DNA from: an uncultured archaeon
GTDB lineage: Archaea > Aenigmatarchaeota > Aenigmatarchaeia > CG10238-14 > SCSR01
DNA: 58,038 nucleotides
NCBI GenBank assembly: GCA_964586885.1
Contig: CAZPID010000001.1
Location: forward strand, 24,080-82,117
Direction of reading: 5' to 3'
Below the pieces are notes generated by a model. That model was given only the letters and a program-made list of their open reading frames with translations, was not told where the DNA came from and did no database searches. Of the stretch, positions 27,355-35,643 are shown one piece after another; within the stretch, counting starts at the first letter, position 1; each line of letters starts with the position of its first letter. The translations under genes and the position numbers were made by a program.

Positions 27355-27722
27355 AGAATGTTTGGTATTCAGTATAGTATTATATCTATACTTTTACTAA
27401 TAGATCTACGATACCCATAGAATAGCAACGATACCCACTATGTTATATATAGTAGTCGTTGATATCGTAGATCTAGAACCTGTAGTTTTACGACAAATGT
27501 CGACCTATCGTAGAGAACGTAGAGGAATACCAGCTTGGGATCTACGATAGTATACTACCTTCAACATTCTCTATTTGCTTCTATTTTTGCATTCTATAAG
27601 GTTGACAACTAGATAGTAACTACTAAAGAAGGAAATACAAATACCAGAACATTTCAAACAAAATACTAAATAACTTACATAGAATAAGCTATTCGTAGAT
27701 GAGGTGGAGCAAAAAGTCTACG
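27343..27722. repeat. iteron array (8 copies of CGTAGA/TCTACG core; candidate origin or protein-binding array)
   Basis: ATCGTAGA at 27348, 27464 and 27507; CGTAGA at 27518 and 27694; TCTACGAT at 27405 and 27541; TCTACG at 27717. 16-bp direct repeat GACCTATCGTAGAGAA at 27343 and 27502. 13-bp inverted repeat TAGATCTACGATA (27401..27413) / TATCGTAGATCTA (27463..27475). ACGATACCCA occurs twice (27408, 27428). Confidence 0.7.
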
Positions 27723-28059
27723 GATTCATCAGAAAATTTCATAATTGACTCCACCAATAAAGTTGTTTAATGATTCAAATCTTTATTAAATGATGGTTCA
27801 ATAACCAAGGAAATACGTTAAATACCTAGATGAGAAAATAATTTTAGTCTATACATTTTCTAGATGGTCCTGGAATGTTGTAGACTGCGTAACAAGCGCA
27901 ACTCCAATCCTGGTTGGTGGCATGACTTTTATGTCACTAACCACTTTTATTTAAAAAAGTGATATGTTCAGAAAGTTTATGGTTAGGCAAACGTCAGTAC
28001 GAAGACACGCATAAAAAAACTTCAGAACATACCACAAAAATACTTTCTGCTACAAGTAA

Positions 28060-29385
28060 TTAGGTTTTTTGTACTGAAATACCATATTGAGTAGACAGCC
28101 ATTCGATCCAGATATTCCATGTTAGTGAGCCAAACCCAATTTGATTATTTTTCTTTTTACCTAATTGTTCCATCATATCCATTATTTCTCCTAGTGTTAA
28201 ATCATCACCAACTAACTTTCTTTTAGATTCTGCCATTAGAGCGATCAGACCTGAAGAATGTGGAGTGGCCATTGACGTGCCAGAGATAGCTCCATAACGT
28301 TGAATTAACTTATCAGTTAAATCTAAAACTCCAACTAAGGGTGCATCTATATTGACTCCTGGTGCTACAATATCTGGTTTTATTCTCCCGTCTTTGGTAG
28401 GGCCTCGACCACTAAAATTTGGTACTTTTCCATCAAAGGTACTAAATGCTCCAACAGTTAAAACATTTGGTAACCAACCAGGAGTTGAAACAGATCCAGG
28501 TTCTGGCCCCGAATTTCCAGAAGCGATAACTGGAATAAGTCCTTGTTCTTCAGCTTTGATCATGGCTTCGAAATAGACATCCTCTTCAGGTTTTTGCATT
28601 TCCTCGGGAACATCTCCACCTAAACTCATTGATAAAACTTTAGATCCATTCTCTAAGGCTATTTCAATGCCACCTAAAATACTTCCATCAGTTCCTATAC
28701 CAATTCCAAATCCCAATGACTTAACTGAAGTAAGTTCAACTTCTGGGGCCATTCCTTCAGTAGGTATTCTTTCACCTACCAGTCTTGAAGTGACATCGTC
28801 TATAGTTAATTTCCCTCCTACACAGGCAGTTGTCCACGTTCCGTGACCGTTTTCATCTCTCAGTTGAGGTAGAGTTCTTTTAAATTCCACTCTGTCGAGT
28901 AAGGCTTCATGTGTTCTGGAAGCTCCAGTATCTACAATCGTTACCCTAATCCCCCTCCCTAGGAATCCCGCATTGTTCGCTATGTCGGCTCCTATAACTT
29001 TTTTACTAAAAAATGTAGAAGTAATTATTTTTCCTTTAAAATTAAAGGTTCCTGGAGGCGATTCACTGAAAGCAAATTTTTCTTCATCGGGGAAGATCTT
29101 TTCAACATCGGGATCTTCAGCTAAGTCAAAAATATCTTCTCTGCCAATGAAGGCAGAGATCATATTTAGCTTAATAAAGGACTGACCTAATGTTTCTGGA
29201 ACAGGTACTTTTTCTCGAAATCTGGGCAAAATTCTATCCTCTTGAATAAATTTAGAAAGATCTAAATTTTTTACAGTTTCTATTAGTGGTCCAAGTCTAC
29301 CTGGTTTTGCTAATATGATGACTGGAGTCGCAACTCTTGATTGCGCTCTTATTTCAGCAAGCCTAGTCAGTGAACTATTGATCAC
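28060..29385 (-). CDS. subtilisin-like serine protease (peptidase S8)
   Basis: Catalytic triad motifs VTIVDTGAS (Asp), NGHGTWTTA (His) and SGTSMATPHSSG (Ser). Confidence 0.9.
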   Translation of the reverse strand: MINSSLTRLAEIRAQSRVATPVIILAKPGRLGPLIETVKNLDLSKFIQEDRILPRFREKVPVPETLGQSFIKLNMISAFIGREDIFDLAEDPDVEKIFPDEEKFAFSESPPGTFNFKGKIITSTFFSKKVIGADIANNAGFLGRGIRVTIVDTGASRTHEALLDRVEFKRTLPQLRDENGHGTWTTACVGGKLTIDDVTSRLVGERIPTEGMAPEVELTSVKSLGFGIGIGTDGSILGGIEIALENGSKVLSMSLGGDVPEEMQKPEEDVYFEAMIKAEEQGLIPVIASGNSGPEPGSVSTPGWLPNVLTVGAFSTFDGKVPNFSGRGPTKDGRIKPDIVAPGVNIDAPLVGVLDLTDKLIQRYGAISGTSMATPHSSGLIALMAESKRKLVGDDLTLGEIMDMMEQLGKKKNNQIGFGSLTWNIWIEWLSTQYGISVQKT

Positions 29386-29436
29386 AATTTATAATAAGTA
29401 GTACCACTTAAAAAAACTTATAAAGGTAATACCAAG

Positions 29437-30198
29437 ATGTCAAGTAATTTAGACGAAAATGTAAGTGAATCAGAACAACATCAACAAGTTGAGTCAAGTG
29501 AAGAAGAAGCCCAGGCTTTAACCTTCACATGTCCTAAATGTGAAAAGCCACAAGATTATTTTATTTTACCGAGTGATTCACCACGTACGCCAACTGTAAT
29601 TTGTCCTGAATGTAGAGGACAGATTGGTACAACTAAAATTCCTAAAGAGTTTCATCGACTAGAAATGAAAAAACCTAAGAAGATAACATCAACCGAAACT
29701 AAAACAGATTCAGAAGGAATTTTACCAGAGACTTCTACTACGGCTGAAACTCAGTCAGAATCAGAATCAGAATCAGTAAATTTGTATGATGTAATTAGAG
29801 AGCCTTGGCAAGTTTTACAGGACGCTCTTAAAAATGCTCAACTAAGACCTAATGCTAAAGAATTTTTAATTAACAAGTGTAAAACCAGAATACTTCAACC
29901 ACACGAATTAGCTGAGAAATTGCAAAGTTTCAATAAGGATGTCTGGACCTTGCAAGGTATTCCTACGAGTGAATTTATTGATGATATAGTGGTAGATTAT
30001 GACGCCGGATTAAAGCAAGAAGATGCAAAAGCAAAAGAAAAAGGTTCTCGCTATGTTTCAGGTTACGCTGACTATAGTAAACGGGATCCAGGTTCTAGAT
30101 ATGAAAGTCCAACTTCAAGGAAATATACTGAATCTCTGTCCAAATTAGGATCAGGAGGATATCCTAAATATGTACCTCGTTATGGAGAAACAGGATAA
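29437..30198 (+). CDS. hypothetical zinc-ribbon protein
   Basis: 253 aa; CPKCEKP...CPECRG followed by an S/T/E-rich linker. Confidence 0.55.
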   Translation: MSSNLDENVSESEQHQQVESSEEEAQALTFTCPKCEKPQDYFILPSDSPRTPTVICPECRGQIGTTKIPKEFHRLEMKKPKKITSTETKTDSEGILPETSTTAETQSESESESVNLYDVIREPWQVLQDALKNAQLRPNAKEFLINKCKTRILQPHELAEKLQSFNKDVWTLQGIPTSEFIDDIVVDYDAGLKQEDAKAKEKGSRYVSGYADYSKRDPGSRYESPTSRKYTESLSKLGSGGYPKYVPRYGETG

Positions 30199-30225
30199 TC
30201 ATTAACTATTGAAGATGTAGATAGA

Positions 30226-30876
30226 ATGTGGGCAGAGAAGGAAAGAGAAAAAGAAGAAAGAGAAAAGTGGGATAAATCTCTTGAAATTATGAAGAAATTA
30301 GAAACTGAAACAGACGAGAAAATTGATAACGCGATAGAGGATGTTAGACAGGATATGGATGAAAAACATAAAGAAGTTTTAGAGGCTATTAAAGGAGACA
30401 AAGGCACAGAAGGAAAGGAATCCGTAGCGGAACTTAAAGCACTCATAGAGAAGCAGACTGTTAATTTTGAGAACAAATTAGATATGCAGAAAAAGGATCA
30501 GGTTTTAGATGAGTTGAAAAAATCTCAGAAGGAGTTGATAGATAGAATAGACGACATGGTCAAGAATCCAAGTAGGCCAACATCAGACAAATATAATGAT
30601 GACTTCTACAGATTTGTGGCTGATGGAATGGATAAGATAGCAGTGGTCGCTGGGCAGAAGTCAGTAGCAAAAGATGTTGGTTTAATGCTAGTTGCACTTG
30701 GTGATCCTAAATTACGTGAAGGTCTAAGGAAGGCCATGCCACAGATCTTGGCAAGTTCTAGCGGAGGTTCATTAGGTAGTAAAGCAAAAGAACCTCCGAA
30801 GGATTTAAGAGAAACTCAAGAGGCTAAAATGGAATCTTCAACATTGGAGCAATTAGATCCAAAATATATGGAGTAG
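30226..30876 (+). CDS. E/K-rich coiled-coil protein (scaffold-like?)
   Basis: 216 aa. Same reading frame as 29437..30198, separated only by the TAA at 30196..30198 and 9 sense codons. Confidence 0.55.
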   Translation: MWAEKEREKEEREKWDKSLEIMKKLETETDEKIDNAIEDVRQDMDEKHKEVLEAIKGDKGTEGKESVAELKALIEKQTVNFENKLDMQKKDQVLDELKKSQKELIDRIDDMVKNPSRPTSDKYNDDFYRFVADGMDKIAVVAGQKSVAKDVGLMLVALGDPKLREGLRKAMPQILASSSGGSLGSKAKEPPKDLRETQEAKMESSTLEQLDPKYME

Positions 30877-30882
30877 AAAAAA

Positions 30883-31641
30883 ATGAAAGCAATAACTATT
30901 TCTATTAAACTATGTGAGCAATGTGGAAAGGAAGAAATACCTGTTGTTAGGAAATTTTGTGGGGTAAAATGTAGAGACGATTGGAGCGCACTAAGAGCTA
31001 AAAATAAAACATTTATCGGTAAAAAAGGAAGGAGTGGAAGATATGTTAGAACTCAAAAATACAAAGATAGTATATCTGCATTCTGGAAGAAGAAATTTAA
31101 AGAAGGATTCGTCAATCCTCGTAAAGGAGTTAAACTTTCTCAGGAGACCAAAGATCGAGTTAGAAAAGCGATCAAGAAATTATATGTTGAAGATCCTGAC
31201 TACAGAAAAAGGGTCAGTATTGCTACAAAGAAAGGAATGACTGAAGAAGTTAAAAAACAGTTAAGTATTATGAAGAAAGAACTTTACAAAACTTCTAGAG
31301 GTTTAAAGATTCTGAGAAAGTGGTCTAAAAGCAATGGTTTAAGGCCTACCATACCAGAGAAGAAGATGCAAGAGATTTTAGATCAGACTTGTCCAGGAAT
31401 TTATATTTATTCAGGAGCTTATGTAAGGAAGATGGTAGATGGTTTGATTCCAGATTTTATTAGTGAAACTAAGAAAAAAATTATAGAAGTTTATGGTAAT
31501 TATTGGCATAGAGGCGAAGATACTAGTATTAGAATAAACAGATACAGAAGATTTGGTTACCAAACTCTAATAGTTTGGGAGGAAGATCTTAAAGACATCG
31601 AAAAAGTAATACAGGAGGTGAAGGCATTCACAAGCCAGTGA
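30883..31641 (+). CDS. free-standing homing-endonuclease-like protein (paralogue 2)
   Basis: N-terminal CEQCG...CGVKC zinc ribbon; NUMOD-like basic repeats; C-terminal LIPDFISETKKKIIEVYGNYWH...LIVWEEDL. Confidence 0.65.
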   Translation: MKAITISIKLCEQCGKEEIPVVRKFCGVKCRDDWSALRAKNKTFIGKKGRSGRYVRTQKYKDSISAFWKKKFKEGFVNPRKGVKLSQETKDRVRKAIKKLYVEDPDYRKRVSIATKKGMTEEVKKQLSIMKKELYKTSRGLKILRKWSKSNGLRPTIPEKKMQEILDQTCPGIYIYSGAYVRKMVDGLIPDFISETKKKIIEVYGNYWHRGEDTSIRINRYRRFGYQTLIVWEEDLKDIEKVIQEVKAFTSQ

Positions 31642-31642
31642 T

Positions 31643-32894
31643 ATGAAAGTAGTCGCTGTCATCTCTCTAAACGGCTGATAAAGTCGGGAGCTAAGGTGGC
31701 ACGGGAAAAACTTTATGCGCTATAAACATCGCGCATTATCTGAAAAAAAAGTATAAAGCAACAGTTGGTCTTATAGATGCGGATTTAGATTCTAGTAATT
31801 TTGCTGATATGGTAAATTTAAAAGATAAGGTTAAGATCACAGAAGACAAAAAGTTTTCTCTTCCTCAATGGGATGGAATTAAGGTCTTTAGTATGTCTCT
31901 AATGATAGACAAAAAACAGAGTATCAGTATGACAGCTGACAGATATGTGCAGATGCTAAATGATGTAATCGAACAAACGCAGTGGGACGTAGATTATATG
32001 ATCTTAGATATGCCAGCAGGAAATAGTGATGTATACAAAGCATACTTAGCTTTCTTTGATCGTCAGATAATTGGTGACATAGTTATTATTCAGCCTGCAG
32101 CTATTTCAGACGCTTACAGAATAATAGATACTCATAAAAGATTTGAAGTGCCTATTTTGGGACTAATAGAAAATATGTCAGGATTTCAATGTGTTGAATG
32201 TAAGAAGAAAGAAGATCTATTTGGTCCAACAATCGTGGATAAACTTGCTAAGGAATTTAAGTTGGAATCACTAGGAAAAATTCCACTAACTGGAGAAATT
32301 ACTGCAGGAGTAAAAAGAGGAAATCCAGTTCTTTCTCCAAAATTAAACAAACCAATTCTGGTAGCATGTGAAAGAATTGTCAAAGCTCCAATACGAACTA
32401 CTAGTTTCTTGGAAAGGTTAAAAGATAGAGTTGGTACTATTTCTAGAAATTTGGTAGAAAAAGTAATGCTGGAATTTATAGTTTCTGCTAATGAGCATTT
32501 AAATTTAGGACATATTCAGTCCGAGACCGGTTTTACTGAATCTAGACCGTTTGATTTAGTCATAATTAATCAACAGGAACAGGAGGTGATAAAACGTATT
32601 CCGCTAAGATTTGTTGATGGAATGATGAAAGTTGCAAAGACTGAAAGGACTCCAGATTTTGAGCTACATACTAGTTTCCAAACTTTAGCTAGAATATTTA
32701 TGGGAAAAATGAAAGTAGGAAATGGAAAGATTGATTATGATCCTCTAGGAGCTTGGCTTAATGGTGATATTACAGTTTACGGTATGGCTCATTCTCCTTG
32801 GGCTTTTAGTGTTTTACAGGAGATCTTTGGTAATGAAAAAGTAATACACGAGGTCAGAAGCAAATTTGGAAACTTGCTCGAGAGATTTATTTGA
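31643..32894 (+). pseudogene. Mrp/ApbC/NBP35-type Fe-S cluster carrier ATPase fused to an SCP2-like domain; 5' end disrupted
   Basis: ATG at 31643 gives MKVVAVISLNG, then TGA TAA (31676..31681). The P-loop GGTGKT (31695..31712) lies in the frame of track ORF 31809..32894 but is cut off by the TAA at 31692..31694. Downstream motifs are ILDMPAGNSD and ENMSGFQCVECKKKEDLFG. Confidence 0.55.
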
Positions 32895-32908
32895 TGAGGT
32901 AGTTTTAT

Positions 32909-33241
32909 TTGGGTAGGAAAGAAAGGAGAGCAAAGAGAAAAAAGGAAAAATTAGGAACAACGAAAAAAGTAGAGAAGATAGTTCGGCTTAAGCAGATATT
33001 AGGAGACGAAGATATTGAATTTGATAAGATGTCTATGGAGGATATTGAAAAACTTCTACAATTAATTCTTAAACCAATATGGATTCGCAATCTTCCAGAA
33101 GAAAATAAGAAGGAACTATTGGTAGAATTTGGAAAGAGTTTTGCTGAGAAAGCATTTAGTAATTGGGAAGGACCTATTTTAAAGATGATAAGAGCGACTA
33201 TGGAGGGCAAGGGCGGTTTAGCGAGCAAGCTTTTATCATAG
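32909..33241 (+). CDS. hypothetical K/E-rich protein (TTG start in track)
   Basis: 110-aa track ORF; basic N-terminus GRKERRAKRKKEK; start uncertain. Confidence 0.4.
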   Translation: MGRKERRAKRKKEKLGTTKKVEKIVRLKQILGDEDIEFDKMSMEDIEKLLQLILKPIWIRNLPEENKKELLVEFGKSFAEKAFSNWEGPILKMIRATMEGKGGLASKLLS

Positions 33242-33291
33242 TATTTTTAGAAAATAATTAAGTTTTAATACCGAGTGACGGAAGTTAAATT

Positions 33292-33486
33292 ATGCCACAC
33301 GGTATTATGGGAATACTTAATACGAGGATGCAAGGAATTCAAAATCAGGTTAGAAATTTACAGACTATAGCAACTACTCCAAAAGGAATTTTTGAAAGTG
33401 CAGATATGATCGTCAAAGATTTCAGGAGTGCAAACAAAGCTACCATTAGGTCTACTGGTATAGGGAAGATGTTGCATGTCAGCTGA
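33292..33486 (+). CDS. hypothetical protein
   Basis: 64-aa track ORF preceded by an AT-rich spacer. Confidence 0.4.
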   Translation: MPHGIMGILNTRMQGIQNQVRNLQTIATTPKGIFESADMIVKDFRSANKATIRSTGIGKMLHVS

Positions 33487-33919
33487 AGCTCCAGGAACTC
33501 AAGTATTAGATCGTCTCAGAAAAATAATTGATAGACTTAGAGGTGGCGGAGATGGTGGATTACCAGGTGGGTTACCAGGTTTAGGAAACATAAAAATATT
33601 ACAAGACCGACCAAAAATTTTTCAGGACGGAAAAATAAAAATTCTAGAAGGTGGCATGTTAAAAGGACTTCGAGGAAAGTCTCCAATGAAAGGAGCTGGA
33701 CTTATTGGTAATCTACAAACTGGGAAAATTATGGCCAGTGTGCAGTCTAAAATTGCTAGTAGTCAAATTAGAGTTAAAGAAGTGAGAGATAGAATAGCAC
33801 CTTTAGCTAAAGATCAAGGTTCTGTCATTAAAATTGGCGGTGGAAAGAAAGGTTTAGACCTTCCGACAGAAGAAGGTACGATCACTGATACAGATACTCC
33901 ACTGGCTATTGGCGATTAG
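33476..33919 (+). CDS. hypothetical Gly-rich protein
   Basis: 147 aa; GGGDGGLPGGLPGLG. Confidence 0.5.
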   Translation: MSAEAPGTQVLDRLRKIIDRLRGGGDGGLPGGLPGLGNIKILQDRPKIFQDGKIKILEGGMLKGLRGKSPMKGAGLIGNLQTGKIMASVQSKIASSQIRVKEVRDRIAPLAKDQGSVIKIGGGKKGLDLPTEEGTITDTDTPLAIGD

Positions 33920-34281
33920 GTAAAAACGACTCCTTCTGGTATTAATTTCATTTCAACTAGACCACGTCTAAAAATTTCACTATAGACATATTCAATCCTG
34001 AGATTTTTTTCGTTGGCATATTTTTTGGCAATATCTACTAGTTCGGTTGGTAACCAGATCTGTTTTTTAAGTTGTTTTTTCTTTAGTCCTAATTTAACTA
34101 ATATCCAATCAGAAAGATTGGTATTTACAATTTCTAAATGTAGTTTGTTGCCATTTTTTTCTGCATATACGTCAATCCTTCCTTCTTCCGTCTGATATTC
34201 AGTTTGTACCTTATAACCTTTTTTCTTTAAGGCCTTCGCTACTTCAAGTTTGATGAATTTATGTAATTCACTTTCAGTCAT
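33916..34281 (-). CDS. restriction-endonuclease-fold-like protein with RHH-like C-terminus (degenerate)
   Basis: GYKVQTEYQTEEGRIDVYAEKNGNKLHLEIV resembles the PD-(D/E)XK core but lacks the Lys; C-terminal IWLPTELVDIAKKYANEKN. Confidence 0.35.
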   Translation of the reverse strand: MTESELHKFIKLEVAKALKKKGYKVQTEYQTEEGRIDVYAEKNGNKLHLEIVNTNLSDWILVKLGLKKKQLKKQIWLPTELVDIAKKYANEKNLRIEYVYSEIFRRGLVEMKLIPEGVVFT

Positions 34282-34365
34282 ATACCATCATACAGGTTAT
34301 CGGAGGAGCCTGGAACACTACCATTAATTAACTAATCGAGAACTTATACTTTAAGGCAGATAAAA

Positions 34366-35040
34366 ATGGTAGATGAAAGTCAAATAAATGTCATAAGCAA
34401 AATAGACGCAATCTCAATACTGAACAGCAAGATTGGCATTGGCGATATTACAGAAATGAATGTCGTTGAAAATGCTATCAGACTAGCTCGAACGAAAATG
34501 ATCGGGGATCGTATGGTTGAATTTTCAGGCATAACGAGGAATAAAGACTTCTTAATCAAGGCAGTTGCAGAATTCAAAAAGAATGTTGCATCCAACAGGC
34601 CAATTAGTTTAGCAAGCAAAACTAGCGTTAATTCTATTGGCATAGAATCTTTAGACAGACCGCAAATCTTTGGTCTCACAACCTTTAGACAAACTGGACT
34701 TACTGCTAATACTGTGATCAACGTTATTCCAACAGGCGCAGGTACCTTTGATTTAACTATAGATGAGGAAAGGATTATTATCACTGACCTTGTTGAAATT
34801 GATCCAGCAGCTGGAGTAGAAGCAATTACACTGATTGACGACGGAGACAGTAACAGACAGCCAGAGAGTCTGGGATTAGATTTCCGTATGGATGGTGCAA
34901 TAAGAGTCAAAGAACTAGATCAGCCACGTATCATTGACAGCAGTTTGAACCTCGATGCTAGACTTGTAGAAGGTACCACATTGGAAATAATTCCAGTAGG
35001 AATACACATGTTCATTGGTACTTCTCAGGATGCACTATAG
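34366..35040 (+). CDS. hypothetical protein (possible virion protein)
   Basis: 224-aa track ORF with balanced composition; its 176-aa antisense ORF is judged a shadow. Confidence 0.5.
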   Translation: MVDESQINVISKIDAISILNSKIGIGDITEMNVVENAIRLARTKMIGDRMVEFSGITRNKDFLIKAVAEFKKNVASNRPISLASKTSVNSIGIESLDRPQIFGLTTFRQTGLTANTVINVIPTGAGTFDLTIDEERIIITDLVEIDPAAGVEAITLIDDGDSNRQPESLGLDFRMDGAIRVKELDQPRIIDSSLNLDARLVEGTTLEIIPVGIHMFIGTSQDAL

Positions 35041-35050
35041 GTGATCAAAG

Positions 35051-35335
35051 ATGGGATTCAAAGTAGCAAGTGATTCAGCATTGGGGCCGACTTCGTATGC
35101 AACAGCGACAAAACCGACAATAACGGTTGAAGGAGTTAGTGCTATTAACTCTTTAGATGACGTACTAGGAGTTTGGTTGACTGGAGGATTTACAGCCGTA
35201 GCAACTGCAGTTTCTGGCAATGCTGTAACTATTGAGATTAGACGAACAGGCGCAATAAATGTAGCTGAGGAAGAAGTTCCTGATACAACCAATATTTCTG
35301 CAGAGACAATTCATGTTTCAGTAAGAGGGTATTAG
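35051..35335 (+). CDS. hypothetical beta-rich small protein
   Basis: 94 aa, A/T/V/G-rich; SD-like GAGGTGA upstream. Confidence 0.5.
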   Translation: MGFKVASDSALGPTSYATATKPTITVEGVSAINSLDDVLGVWLTGGFTAVATAVSGNAVTIEIRRTGAINVAEEEVPDTTNISAETIHVSVRGY

Positions 35336-35336
35336 G

Positions 35337-35579
35337 ATGTCTAGCAAAAGTTCAAAAAAGTCGGAAGGAACTAAAGAATCAAAAGAGCCTACTATTTACT
35401 TTGTTCCAGTTTTAGATGGAAACTTGGTAGTAGATTCTAAAGTTCTTAATAAGGAATTAGAAACCAACTTTTCAGCTTATGTCTGTCATCATTCCGGACA
35501 TGAAATACACGCAACCAAAAAGATAGAATGCTTAGAGACAAAAAAAGCCAAAGATAATGGGGTTCAAATAAGGACTTAA
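35337..35579 (+). CDS. hypothetical protein
   Basis: 80-aa track ORF abutting the previous stop. Confidence 0.45.
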   Translation: MSSKSSKKSEGTKESKEPTIYFVPVLDGNLVVDSKVLNKELETNFSAYVCHHSGHEIHATKKIECLETKKAKDNGVQIRT

Positions 35580-35591
35580 ACTCCAAAATCC

Positions 35592-35605
35592 TTTTTCTTT
35601 TTTTT
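35592..35605 (+). terminator. oligo-T tract (archaeal-type terminator candidate)
   Basis: TTTTTCTTTTTTTT 13 nt after the stop at 35579; a second T7 run at 35615..35621. Confidence 0.35.
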
Positions 35606-35643
35606 AAGTAAACGTTTTTTTAGTTCCAACACAAAATTTAATT

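Noticed and set aside
27343-27722. Possible CRISPR mini-array.
   Set aside because: The repeats are only 8-16 bp, occur in both orientations and have irregular spacing with no uniform repeat-spacer periodicity. No cas genes are present apart from a stand-alone Cas4-like nuclease 20 kb away.
27355-28059. Possible tRNA gene in the ORF-free region.
   Set aside because: No GTTCRANYC-type T-loop with a flanking 5-bp stem and no D-loop consensus was found on either strand by eye. A covariance-model scan is still advisable.
31643-31712. Programmed ribosomal frameshift to join MKVVAVIS to the P-loop of the Mrp-like gene.
   Set aside because: Stops in the ATG frame (31676..31681) and in the P-loop frame (31668..31670, 31692..31694) mean two successive frame changes would be needed. 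An indel, a disruption or RNA-level removal is more plausible.
34380-34910. 176-aa minus-strand ORF antisense to 34366..35040. A similar 169-aa antisense ORF lies at 54209..54718, with further cases at 46246..46674, 30180..30476, 32905..33228, 35035..35292, 36452..36763, 40090..40365, 42603..42866 and 43534..43815.
   Set aside because: The products are Ser/Ile/Leu/Phe-rich with almost no charged residues, typical of the shadow frame of a real gene in an AT-rich genome. The sense ORFs have balanced composition, recognisable motifs or operon coupling.
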